This document shows positions 8,776-16,873 of a DNA stretch of 56,752 nucleotides, piece after piece. How positions within the stretch are numbered: position 1 is the first letter of the stretch; each line of letters starts with the position of its first letter. This stretch comes from a virus (lineage: Duplodnaviria; Caudoviricetes). Where the stretch lies: IMG/VR virus record IMGVR_UViG_3300044699_000125, positions 1 through 56,752 of that record. The stretch is one strand, 5' to 3'. The notes beneath the pieces were generated by a model. That model worked only from the letters and a program-made list of their open reading frames with translations, was not told where the DNA came from and searched no databases. A program made the translations under genes and the position numbers.

Positions 8776-9200
8776 TCCTACTCCCCTAGTTAGTGAGTGC
8801 CCACTATGTAAGTGAGTGCACACTCCTCCGGTCGTGTTGTGCCACGCCCATAGCCCCCCCAAGGACAGCCAGCCGTTGACTCTCGTCGTGGACCGACCCT
8901 CCTGACCCAACGACCCCAAGACCCCGGAGTCGCCCAGCCTACGCATGACGCTGCGATTCATCCTCAACGGGGGGTGCCTTACCCGATCTGAGTCTCGCGG
9001 TCCCTCGCAGAGAGGTCACGCAACGGTGGCTGGCGGTCACGCCAGTACCGGCCAGTCCCCGGTTGCCTCCCGCGCCACCCCGGATCGGTGCATTACTTTC
9101 GTGCGGAGTACGGTCGCGGGCACACAGTCCACGACGAGTGGTGCTGTGCTACTGGGATTGGTTGGCTGCTGGATTGGTTGGCGAGTCCATGAGAGACGCC

Positions 9201-9229
9201 ACGATAATCCCGTCGAAACGTGATTGCAA
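9201..9229 (-). promoter_or_regulatory. Leftward sigma-70 promoter
   Basis: Minus strand TTGCAA, 17 bp, TATCGT, with an upstream A-tract. Confidence 0.65.
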
Positions 9230-9292
9230 GATATTTTTTCAGCCCCAGTATTTCAAGGGCTTGCGAGCGCATGAACAGAGCGGCAACAGATG

Positions 9293-9321
9293 TTGACAAG
9301 TCCCAGCAGTGGTGCCACTAT
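9293..9321 (+). promoter_or_regulatory. Rightward sigma-70 promoter
   Basis: TTGACA, 17 bp, TGn-CACTAT upstream of the ERF gene. Confidence 0.65.
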
Positions 9322-9363
9322 GCGGTTGCTGCACCCCGTTTTCACTCTTAACTAGGAGCCAAT

Positions 9364-10140
9364 ATGGCTGGCGATCCGCCTGTTGAACCCGTTGTTTCGC
9401 TCGACGTTCCCCACACCCCGCTGGTCGAGTGGCACGACCATCCCCCCGGCATCCGGGTGGACGATGGCACCCCGCAGTTCTCCACCTCCCCCACCTTCTC
9501 CAAGCTGGCCTCTGCACTGGCCCGTGTGCAGAAGCTGCTGAAGCAGCCGTCGAAGGGGGCCGACAACCCGTTCTTCAAGAGCAAGTATGCGGACCTGCAC
9601 GACGTGTGGAGCGCAGTGCGGGGGCACCTCTCGGACGAGGGGATTGCCGTCGTCCAGTCGCCGTCGTTCTCGACCGCCGAGATCAAGGGCAAGGTGGTCG
9701 GGATTATCACCATCAGCACCACGATAATCCACGGTGATAGCGGGGAGTGGATGACCAACGTGCTGCGCGGCACCTCCGAGAGCATCGGCCCGCAAGCCAT
9801 CGGTAGCGCGATCAGCTACTTCCGCCGCTACAGCATCCAGCCGCTGCTGATGCTGACCCCGGACGACGGCAGCGACGACGACGCCGAGAAGGCCGAGGGC
9901 CGCGCTCCGCCCGCCGACGACAAGCCGACCCCCGAGGAGATCGACAAGACCACCAAGGACATCAAGGCGGCGGACAGCAACGTCAAGCTGAAGGCCGTGT
10001 ACTTGGGCATCCCCGACGCCCACAAGAAGTTCTTCACCAAGCTGGTGAATGCTCGCAAGGCGGCGCTGGAGAAGGCCGAGGCACAGAGCGAACCCGAGTC
10101 CAGCCAGACCCCGGCGAGCGATGGCACAGGTCACGAGTGA
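9364..10140 (+). CDS. erf: ERF-family ssDNA-annealing protein
   Basis: LASALARVQ...NPFFKSKYADL...GSAISYFRRYSI...DDDAE. Confidence 0.92.
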   Translation: MAGDPPVEPVVSLDVPHTPLVEWHDHPPGIRVDDGTPQFSTSPTFSKLASALARVQKLLKQPSKGADNPFFKSKYADLHDVWSAVRGHLSDEGIAVVQSPSFSTAEIKGKVVGIITISTTIIHGDSGEWMTNVLRGTSESIGPQAIGSAISYFRRYSIQPLLMLTPDDGSDDDAEKAEGRAPPADDKPTPEEIDKTTKDIKAADSNVKLKAVYLGIPDAHKKFFTKLVNARKAALEKAEAQSEPESSQTPASDGTGHE

Positions 10141-10741
10141 GCAGCGCACAGAGGCATGGCATGAGGCCCGCAGGGGCCGCATGACCTCGTCTCGGATGGC
10201 CGAAGCCATCGGCTACATCGGCTCCCGTCGCAGGTTGTGGCGAGAGTTGACGGGCCGGGAGAGCCACGACTTTTTCGCGGACGGCAACCCACGCATTCTG
10301 CACGGCACCAGCTTCGAGCCAATGGCGCTGGCTCTGTACGGGGAGGTGATGAACTACCACGTCGCCAAGGTCGGCTATATGTCGCATCCGATGATCGACT
10401 GGATCGGCGGCTCGCCGGATGGGCTGGTGCTGGCAGTGGGTGGCGTCGAGGTGAAGTGTCCGGCAGCGTTCTACGAGGAGATTCCCGACTACTACATGCC
10501 GCAGATGCAATCGCTGATGCAGATCACCGGTGCACGCTGGTGGGACTTCGTGGTGTGGACGCCCGAGGAGGCGTCGATCACCCGAGTCCACAAGTCGCAA
10601 CCGTACTGGGATCAGCTATACGAGTTGCTCTGCGAATTCTGGGCCTATGTGGAGGCCGACGTTGAGCCTCCTGCATTCAAGCGTGGCACCAAGCCGCGCA
10701 TCACAGCAGCGGTGGAAACCCGCTTGCTTCACAAGGAGTAG
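10121..10741 (+). CDS. YqaJ / lambda-exonuclease family protein
   Basis: QRTEAWHEARRGRMTSS...HGTSFE...GSPDGLV..EVKCP..Y.PQMQ. Confidence 0.92.
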   Translation: MAQVTSEQRTEAWHEARRGRMTSSRMAEAIGYIGSRRRLWRELTGRESHDFFADGNPRILHGTSFEPMALALYGEVMNYHVAKVGYMSHPMIDWIGGSPDGLVLAVGGVEVKCPAAFYEEIPDYYMPQMQSLMQITGARWWDFVVWTPEEASITRVHKSQPYWDQLYELLCEFWAYVEADVEPPAFKRGTKPRITAAVETRLLHKE

Positions 10742-10745
10742 TGAC

Positions 10746-11027
10746 ATGGCAGTGACGCATCTGGTGAAAGTGAAATCCGGTGAGACGTACGTTGACCGTA
10801 ACGGCGTGGAGAAGGAGGGCTACGTCACCATCGGTCGCATGGTGGAGACGGCCAAGGGCAACAAGGTGATTTTCCTTGAGGTCATGCCCTTCACATGGCT
10901 GCGCGGCGAGCCGGTGGTGATGTACCTGCAAGACAAAGACCGTGAGCGTGCCCCGGCCACAGAGGCACCGAAGCCAGCCGCCGAGAAGCCGAAGCAAGCC
11001 GACTTCGACGACGACATCCCGTTCTAA
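10746..11027 (+). CDS. Small SSB-like protein
   Basis: Acidic tail DFDDDIPF; follows the recombinase pair; AAGGAG RBS. Confidence 0.7.
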   Translation: MAVTHLVKVKSGETYVDRNGVEKEGYVTIGRMVETAKGNKVIFLEVMPFTWLRGEPVVMYLQDKDRERAPATEAPKPAAEKPKQADFDDDIPF

Positions 11028-11216
11028 ATGAACGGACTGACCGACAACTACATGGTGGTTCCCATCATCAACGGGGGCACGTTTCGGTGGGGTGTACGCG
11101 AGAAGCCCTACGAAACGGTTGATGGCATGGTGCGGCCACCGATACTGGCGAAGTTTTCGCACAAGCATCACGCCAACTTCTTTGCCGACGCACTAGGGAA
11201 TGAGGGCAGATCGTGA
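11028..11216 (+). CDS. Hypothetical protein
   Basis: 62-aa ORF abutting both neighbours. Confidence 0.5.
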   Translation: MNGLTDNYMVVPIINGGTFRWGVREKPYETVDGMVRPPILAKFSHKHHANFFADALGNEGRS

Positions 11217-11473
11217 CCCCAAGACAGATTCTGTTGAAACGCTTCAAGACGCAGCAGGGCATCGCTGACGCCGCTGGCAGCACCCGCCAAGCGGTGAGCA
11301 TCGCGTTCAAGCGAGGACGTCTCTCGTTTGAAATGGCGGCGATCCTAGCCAAGCGAATGCGAATCCCGGTGTCGTCGCTGTTGACGCAGTGGCACCCGGA
11401 CACGCACCGCAAGGCCAAGGCATCGCCGTGGGTCAAGCGGCGGCTGCGGGCAGTCGAGCAGAGGCAGGAATGA
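11213..11473 (+). CDS. Cro-like HTH protein
   Basis: FKTQQGIADAAGSTRQAVS. Confidence 0.75.
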   Translation: MTPRQILLKRFKTQQGIADAAGSTRQAVSIAFKRGRLSFEMAAILAKRMRIPVSSLLTQWHPDTHRKAKASPWVKRRLRAVEQRQE

Positions 11474-11682
11474 TTACCCACCTCGTGGACGTACAGAGAC
11501 GCCGCGCCAAGCCTTCCGTATGCGGGCTGACCTACCACCATGGACTGGTGACCACCAGTACCGAGTCCCTGTTGGCATGTGAGGCCCCGTGCGTGAAGTG
11601 CTTGGAGTGGGTAGTCGAGAAGGGCCAGCAAGCTACCCAGAGACTGCTGGATTTGTCCCAACCAAAGGAGCCTCACCTATGA
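11470..11682 (+). CDS. Hypothetical protein
   Basis: ATGA-coupled; CVKC. Confidence 0.55.
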   Translation: MITHLVDVQRRRAKPSVCGLTYHHGLVTTSTESLLACEAPCVKCLEWVVEKGQQATQRLLDLSQPKEPHL

Positions 11683-11906
11683 AGCTGAAGGGCAAGATTT
11701 ACATCGTCAACATCGGTAGTGAGAAGCGGCTGGTGAAAGCATTCACCAAGCAGGGAGCCATCGCTCACGCAGCGGCCACCTCTGTGCAGGCGGAGTACGC
11801 GGACCAGACCGCGCTGTATGAGGCGACCAAGGCGGGAATCCTGATCGAGGACATCACCGTCGATCCCAAGCAGCCCCGGTTGCCGGGGGTCGATCCGCAG
11901 CCGTAA
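11679..11906 (+). CDS. Hypothetical protein
   Basis: AAGGAG RBS; IYIV...RLVKA...AIAHAA. Confidence 0.7.
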   Translation: MKLKGKIYIVNIGSEKRLVKAFTKQGAIAHAAATSVQAEYADQTALYEATKAGILIEDITVDPKQPRLPGVDPQP

Positions 11907-11960
11907 CATCGGGGCGGGCTACCACAGCCGCCCCCTTCCAGTCCCATCACAGAGGTCGCC

Positions 11961-12224
11961 ATGGCGAAGACCGCGCAGCAGAAGCGTTCGGACAAGGCAT
12001 ACGCCGCACGCCCCGAGCAGATACAGAACCGGGTGGAGCGCAACACCGCTCGCCGCAGGGCCATGGCTGCTGGACTGGTGCACAAGGGTGACGGGAAGGA
12101 AATCGACCACAAGACCCCGCTCATCAAGGGTGGGAGCAACGCGAAGTCCAACCAGCGCATCATCGACGCCGAGAAGAATCGGGCGTGGCGCAGGGGTAAA
12201 AGCGGGAAGGCGCTTCCCGATTAG
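11961..12224 (+). CDS. Small HNH-motif protein
   Basis: RNTARR...KGDGKEIDHKTPL.KGGSN..SN.R......NR. Confidence 0.8.
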   Translation: MAKTAQQKRSDKAYAARPEQIQNRVERNTARRRAMAAGLVHKGDGKEIDHKTPLIKGGSNAKSNQRIIDAEKNRAWRRGKSGKALPD

Positions 12225-12233
12225 GAGCCACAG

Positions 12234-12500
12234 ATGGACAAGGTCATTACCCGCATCGAAGTTGCGGAACAGGCGGTCGAACAGCAATTCAACGCTGTAG
12301 CCGACCCCGAGTTGTGTGCGGGCCTCTCGTACGCAGCCTTCATCCTCCGCCAAACCCGCTTCCTAGCCCTGCATCTTGGCAAGGCCGAGGCGGATGGCGA
12401 GTTGACGCCCAAGCTGCTGGAGCAGGCGGCTAGGCACATCATCACGATGGCGAGCGTACTGCACACCCCCGCCAAACCGACTCTGTCGGTCGTGAAGTAG
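12234..12500 (+). CDS. Hypothetical protein
   Basis: TAGGAGCCAC RBS, 88 aa. Confidence 0.7.
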   Translation: MDKVITRIEVAEQAVEQQFNAVADPELCAGLSYAAFILRQTRFLALHLGKAEADGELTPKLLEQAARHIITMASVLHTPAKPTLSVVK

Positions 12501-12507
12501 GGGGGGG

Positions 12508-12536
12508 TTTACAAGCAATCGACATGGAGGTACAGT
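12508..12536 (+). promoter_or_regulatory. Sigma-70 promoter
   Basis: TTTACA, 17 bp, TACAGT. Confidence 0.6.
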
Positions 12537-12577
12537 CGATGTGTCAACACCCGTTGTCTAACCATAGGAGCCACCCA

Positions 12578-13408
12578 ATGGACATCGAAGTGTCCGTCGA
12601 GAAGATCAGCCCCGCCAAGGCTGAGAAGATGCTCAACACCAATTGCAGCAACCGCACCCTGCGTGAGGGCATCGTCGAGAAGTACGCCGACGACATGCGC
12701 AAGGGCCAGTGGACGAAGTGCATCGCCCCGATTGCCTTCTACGAGGATGGGGACGTTGCTGACGGGCAGCACCGTCTGTGGGCCATCATCGAATCCGGCG
12801 AAACCCACGAATTCATGGTGGTGCGTGGCCTCGACCGCGAGTCGGGACTCAACATCGACGTCGGTCTGCCCCGGTCGCTGGTGGACAACGCTCGCATCAG
12901 CGGGGTCAACGAGCATCTGTCGAACCGGATCATCGCTGTTGCCCGTGTGGTCGCCACCGGCCAGCGCGGCAGCCGCTCCCCCAAGGGTGTGAGCAACGCG
13001 GTCAAGCTGGCCTATGTGGACAAGTACAACGAGTGCGTTCGCTGGGCCATCGAGAACGCTCCGGCGGGGCGCACCTTCTCCCACTCGCTGGTGCTGGGTG
13101 CCATGGCCCGTGCCTACATGGTCGAGGAGGATAAGGCGCGTCTGGCCCGCTTTGGTGAGGTGCTGTCCAAGGGCTTCATGGCCGACGAGAGGGACTCCGC
13201 CGCCATCGCCATGCGCAACTACCTGATGGTGGCCGCGAAGACCGGGTTCAGCCATCAGGACGTGTGGCAGGACACCTTCCTCAAGACCCAGAACGCGATC
13301 AAGCACTTCATGCGTAGCAAGCGACTAACCCAGATCAAGTCTGTGCGGGAAGAGGCGTACCCGTTGCCGACGGCCAAGGTGACCAAACTGAAGAAGAAGG
13401 CGGCGTGA
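12578..13408 (+). CDS. ParB/Srx-like (DGQHR) domain protein
   Basis: ISPAKAEKML..N..NR.L....V.KYADDM..G.W...DGQHRL.AI. Confidence 0.8.
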   Translation: MDIEVSVEKISPAKAEKMLNTNCSNRTLREGIVEKYADDMRKGQWTKCIAPIAFYEDGDVADGQHRLWAIIESGETHEFMVVRGLDRESGLNIDVGLPRSLVDNARISGVNEHLSNRIIAVARVVATGQRGSRSPKGVSNAVKLAYVDKYNECVRWAIENAPAGRTFSHSLVLGAMARAYMVEEDKARLARFGEVLSKGFMADERDSAAIAMRNYLMVAAKTGFSHQDVWQDTFLKTQNAIKHFMRSKRLTQIKSVREEAYPLPTAKVTKLKKKAA

Positions 13409-13953
13409 TGCCAACTCCCGGCTACATCTACGTCCTCTCCAATCCGGCCATGTCCTCGATGGTCAAGATCGGCAAGACCACGAACGCCCCGCATGTGCGG
13501 GCCAGAGAGTTGTCGATCAGCACCGGGGTCCCTTTGCCGTTCAAGGTCGAGGGGTACTTCGTCAGCAATGACATTGCACAGGATGAGAATTTCATTCACT
13601 TCGGCATGCAAGAACTGCGTGTCAACGGGAAGCGCGAGTTTTTCTACGGTAGCGTGGACAAGGTGCGTGAGTTTGTTAAACACGCAATGCGTGAGGTGAC
13701 GTGGTTGGACGGAAGCGTGGAGCAGCATGTGCCAACGCCGCCCGCACCACCTCGCCGCCCAGTTGTGCTGCCGCCTCCGCCGCATCTGGAGGGCGAGGCG
13801 CGGAAAGAGTGGCTTGCAAGAGGAGTGGTACTGCACCCGCTACCGCCGATTGCACCAAAGCCGAATTTCAGCGTGACGGATGAGGTGCTGCGAACGCTGC
13901 ACCCGGTGCGCCAGACCTACGACCGCGACTACCGTCACCGCCACGACAACTGA
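13405..13953 (+). CDS. GIY-YIG (T5orf172-like) protein
   Basis: GYIYVLSNPAM..MVKIGKT...R..ELS..TGVP.PF...E..IH...REFF. Confidence 0.88.
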   Translation: MMPTPGYIYVLSNPAMSSMVKIGKTTNAPHVRARELSISTGVPLPFKVEGYFVSNDIAQDENFIHFGMQELRVNGKREFFYGSVDKVREFVKHAMREVTWLDGSVEQHVPTPPAPPRRPVVLPPPPHLEGEARKEWLARGVVLHPLPPIAPKPNFSVTDEVLRTLHPVRQTYDRDYRHRHDN

Positions 13954-13970
13954 TTGGGGAGAACAAACGA

Positions 13971-14156
13971 ATGGGTAAGCTACTGGATAACGAGCGGTTC
14001 AAGAACGTCAACTACCACCACACAGACATCGCTGCCACGTTCAAGCGCATCCGGCGTGAGCAGGAGGCTGCACAGAGGGCGAAGGAAGCAGCCGAGGCCG
14101 AGAAGGTACAGAGGTTGCATGTGCTGTACCCGAACCTGCACAAGGCGGCGCAGTGA
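13971..14156 (+). CDS. Hypothetical protein
   Basis: GGGAG RBS; HTDIAATFKRIRRE. Confidence 0.65.
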   Translation: MGKLLDNERFKNVNYHHTDIAATFKRIRREQEAAQRAKEAAEAEKVQRLHVLYPNLHKAAQ

Positions 14157-14389
14157 GCAAGTGGCAATGCAAGGTCTGTGATGCGTACTCGCTGGACGAG
14201 CATCTGTTGCGGGCACCGAATCCGTTCGATTCAGAGGATGAAGTCGTCGGCTGCCCAGACTGCAAATCCACAGAGGGCTTCCACGAAATCTGTGACGAGG
14301 CTGGCTGCAACGAGTACGTCTGTTGCGGCTGGCCGTCGGACGAGGGCTACAGACGTACATGCAGCACGCACGCAAGGATCAACGGATGA
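14153..14389 (+). CDS. Cys-rich zinc-finger protein
   Basis: CKVC, CPDC, CDEAGC, CSTH. Confidence 0.7.
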   Translation: MSKWQCKVCDAYSLDEHLLRAPNPFDSEDEVVGCPDCKSTEGFHEICDEAGCNEYVCCGWPSDEGYRRTCSTHARING

Positions 14390-14640
14390 ACAAGCACTGG
14401 TACGTCTACCCGCGACACGGCGGCTGCGCCATCCTCAACGACGACGGCGACATCATCGCCCAGCGCATGAAGAAGCGGGACGCGGAGCGCATCGTCAAGG
14501 CCGTCAACGAACACGCGGCGCTGGTGAAGCGGGCGGGTGATGCGGAGCGCACCGTGAAGCTGCTGCGTGCCTACATCCGTACCGGAGAGGTCAACGTGCT
14601 GAATTCGATCCGGCGCGGCATCCACAGCGAGGCGATATGA
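14386..14640 (+). CDS. Hypothetical protein
   Basis: ATGA-coupled; DAERIVKAVN. Confidence 0.65.
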   Translation: MNKHWYVYPRHGGCAILNDDGDIIAQRMKKRDAERIVKAVNEHAALVKRAGDAERTVKLLRAYIRTGEVNVLNSIRRGIHSEAI

Positions 14641-14951
14641 GCGGGATCGAGCCGACCGAACTTGAGCACTACGCCACCATTGCCAGCCTGCGCAAGGAAC
14701 TCGCGGAGTGCAAGCGGGTATCCGATGACCGATGGGAGGCCGCGTCGAAAGCCTTGCGCGAAGCGCACGCACTGATGACCACGCTACGCAAGGAACTGGT
14801 CGATATGACGCAGGAGCGGGATGAGGCGGTGCGCTGGATCGGCGTTGTCTGTGAGGAGTTGGTCATTGCTGGCTACACCGGCGGCGACCGGGCAACGCTT
14901 TTGCGTAGCCTTCGCGCCGCCCTATCCGGTAGCCAAAAGGAAGCAACGTGA
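14637..14951 (+). CDS. Coiled-coil hypothetical protein
   Basis: ATGA-coupled, 104 aa. Confidence 0.6.
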   Translation: MSGIEPTELEHYATIASLRKELAECKRVSDDRWEAASKALREAHALMTTLRKELVDMTQERDEAVRWIGVVCEELVIAGYTGGDRATLLRSLRAALSGSQKEAT

Positions 14952-15178
14952 AGCGCAAGGAGATTCGCTCGTGGACGAAGTGGCAGCGGCCGGTGATGAA
15001 GGGCTACCGGATGACCTGCTGCGACTGCGGGCTGACCCACGAAATGGAGTTCGTCGCCTTCGTGGTGATGACCAAGCCCGACAAGAACGGCTACTACCGT
15101 GCGCTGACCCTGCCACCGGCGCACTTCGGCGTGGCGTTTCGAGTGCGCAGGGCAAGGGGCAACAAAAAATCAACGTAG
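14948..15178 (+). CDS. Hypothetical protein (CCDCGLxH motif)
   Basis: WTKWQRP...YRMTCCDCGLTH. Confidence 0.65.
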   Translation: MKRKEIRSWTKWQRPVMKGYRMTCCDCGLTHEMEFVAFVVMTKPDKNGYYRALTLPPAHFGVAFRVRRARGNKKST

Positions 15179-15287
15179 TCGCAACGCAACAGGGGAACGA
15201 ATGTGGAATCTGCTGGAGGGGATGCTGGACCTGTGCCTGATGTACCTGCTGATAACGCTGTTGCAGGGATGGTGGCCGAAGATTAAG

Positions 15288-15370
15288 CGTCGATCCACTT
15301 TACAGTCGCCGCCGGAAATTATGGGGGAATCACATAAAATCATGTGATTGCGAAGTGGTCCCGGAATTGC
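15288..15370 (+). promoter_or_regulatory. Sigma-54 promoter with upstream activator box and IHF-like site
   Basis: CGT-N11-ACA (CGTCGATCCACTTTACA, 15288-15304); AATCATGTGATTG (15338-15350); TGG-N10-GC (TGGTCCCGGAATTGC, 15356-15370). Confidence 0.7.
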
Positions 15371-15409
15371 TTACCTGCTGGGGCAACACCAACCAACAAG
15401 GGGAGTCCC

Positions 15410-16129
15410 ATGAAGAAACTGTTCCTCGCCGCCATGCTGGCCCTGTTCTCGGCCCCGGCGGTGGCTACGCTGCAACTGGCCGCTGACATCAACGGCACCA
15501 TCTTCACCTGCGTCGATCAGGCGGCGTGCGACACCAACCTCGCGCCGAACCAACTGGCGATTGCCGACCAGACCATCAACGGCGTGCGGATCGTCGGCTC
15601 CTCGCAGATCGCATTCGCGGGCGGGCTGAACTTCCTCAACACGTCGTCGTTCCAGATCGTCAACCTGACGCAAGCGGCGCGCACGGTCATCCTCGCCATC
15701 AGCGGAATCGACTTCGAGGGACCGGCCAATGGCTTCGATGCCAGCGGCAGCGGCACCTTCCAGAACGCCGTCGGATCGACCATCAACCTGTCGTTCTACG
15801 CTGACCCGGCGAACCAGCAAGGCGCGGACACGCCGAACGACCTGCCGGGGCTGCAACTGGCGACGTTCGCGGATGTGGCGACGACGCTGGCGGATGCGTT
15901 CGCGTTCAACAGCAATGGCCCGTTCACCTCCCCCGGCGCGTTCAGCATGTCGCTGGGCACCGTCGGCACGTTTGCGGCGTGGAACGGGATCGTGGGTCAG
16001 GAGCCGACGCTCGTCGGTCGCAGCCAGACGCTGCTGATCCCGCAAGCGATCCCCGAACCGGGCACGCTGGCGCTGCTGGGCCTCGGGCTGTTCGGCCTCG
16101 GCTTCATGCGGCTGCGTCGGGCCAAGTAA
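15410..16129 (+). CDS. PEP-CTERM sorting-domain protein 1 (phage-encoded)
   Basis: Signal peptide MKKLFLAAMLALFSAPAVA; C-terminal IPEPGTLALLGLGLFGLGFMRLRRAK. Confidence 0.95.
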   Translation: MKKLFLAAMLALFSAPAVATLQLAADINGTIFTCVDQAACDTNLAPNQLAIADQTINGVRIVGSSQIAFAGGLNFLNTSSFQIVNLTQAARTVILAISGIDFEGPANGFDASGSGTFQNAVGSTINLSFYADPANQQGADTPNDLPGLQLATFADVATTLADAFAFNSNGPFTSPGAFSMSLGTVGTFAAWNGIVGQEPTLVGRSQTLLIPQAIPEPGTLALLGLGLFGLGFMRLRRAK

Positions 16130-16145
16130 CGAGCATCGCAGCACC

Positions 16146-16178
16146 GGGGGCATCCGCAATGGGTGCCCCCTTCTTTTT
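16146..16178 (+). terminator. Intrinsic terminator between the two PEP-CTERM genes
   Basis: GGGGGCATCC-GCAAT-GGGTGCCCCC followed by TTCTTTTT. Confidence 0.8.
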
Positions 16179-16192
16179 CCAAGGGAGCCTCT

Positions 16193-16873
16193 GTGAATCG
16201 TATCCTCGTACTCGTAATGGGACTGCTGCTGGCCGCGTCTGTTAGCGCCGGTCCCACCTACACCTTCGTCACCAGTCAAGGCGTCAATCCGTCCAACGTC
16301 GGCACCATCACCCTCACCCAGATCAGCCCGTCCACGGTCAACATCCTTGTCGATTTGTTTGACACTGCGCTGCCGCTGCCCCGCTACGGGTTTATGAACA
16401 CCGGCGGGCCGCACATCCCGTTCGCGTTCACCGTGGCAGGGCTGGAGGCGGGGCTGACCATCAGCGACTTCATCCAGCCGGAGGACGGCGACTACACGCT
16501 CGGTCTGTTCACGCTGAACACGGGCGGCGGTGAGGCCACGCCGTTCGGCACCTACGGGGTGGCGATTGACAGCGACGCGGGCAACGGCTCTGTGAACGCC
16601 TACTACGGCGATCTGGAGTTCAACCTGACCCGCCCTTCGGGTCTGTCCACGGATGACTTCATCATCGGCCCGCTGGCGCTTGCCTACTTCGCGGCGGACC
16701 TCACCGACGGCGGATCGAACACCGGCTCGCAGGCGTGGCTGATCCGCACCGTACCCGGCACGCCGAACCCGCAGGCGGTCGTTCCCGAACCGGGCACGCT
16801 CGCTCTGTTGGCGTTGGGTTTGGCTGGACTGGCGCTGCGTCGGCGTCACCAGCGGGCGGACACCGTCTTGTAG
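16193..16873 (+). CDS. PEP-CTERM sorting-domain protein 2 (phage-encoded)
   Basis: GGGAG RBS and GTG start; signal peptide; VPEPGTLALLALGLAGLALRRR. Confidence 0.93.
   Translation: MNRILVLVMGLLLAASVSAGPTYTFVTSQGVNPSNVGTITLTQISPSTVNILVDLFDTALPLPRYGFMNTGGPHIPFAFTVAGLEAGLTISDFIQPEDGDYTLGLFTLNTGGGEATPFGTYGVAIDSDAGNGSVNAYYGDLEFNLTRPSGLSTDDFIIGPLALAYFAADLTDGGSNTGSQAWLIRTVPGTPNPQAVVPEPGTLALLALGLAGLALRRRHQRADTVL

Noticed and set aside
12500-12507. G8 tract as a phase-variation switch
   Set aside because: It lies upstream of the -35, not in the spacer or a CDS, and homopolymer length is unreliable here
404-12570. TAGGAG as a BREX methylation site
   Set aside because: Copies sit at SD distance from start codons, so RBS function explains them
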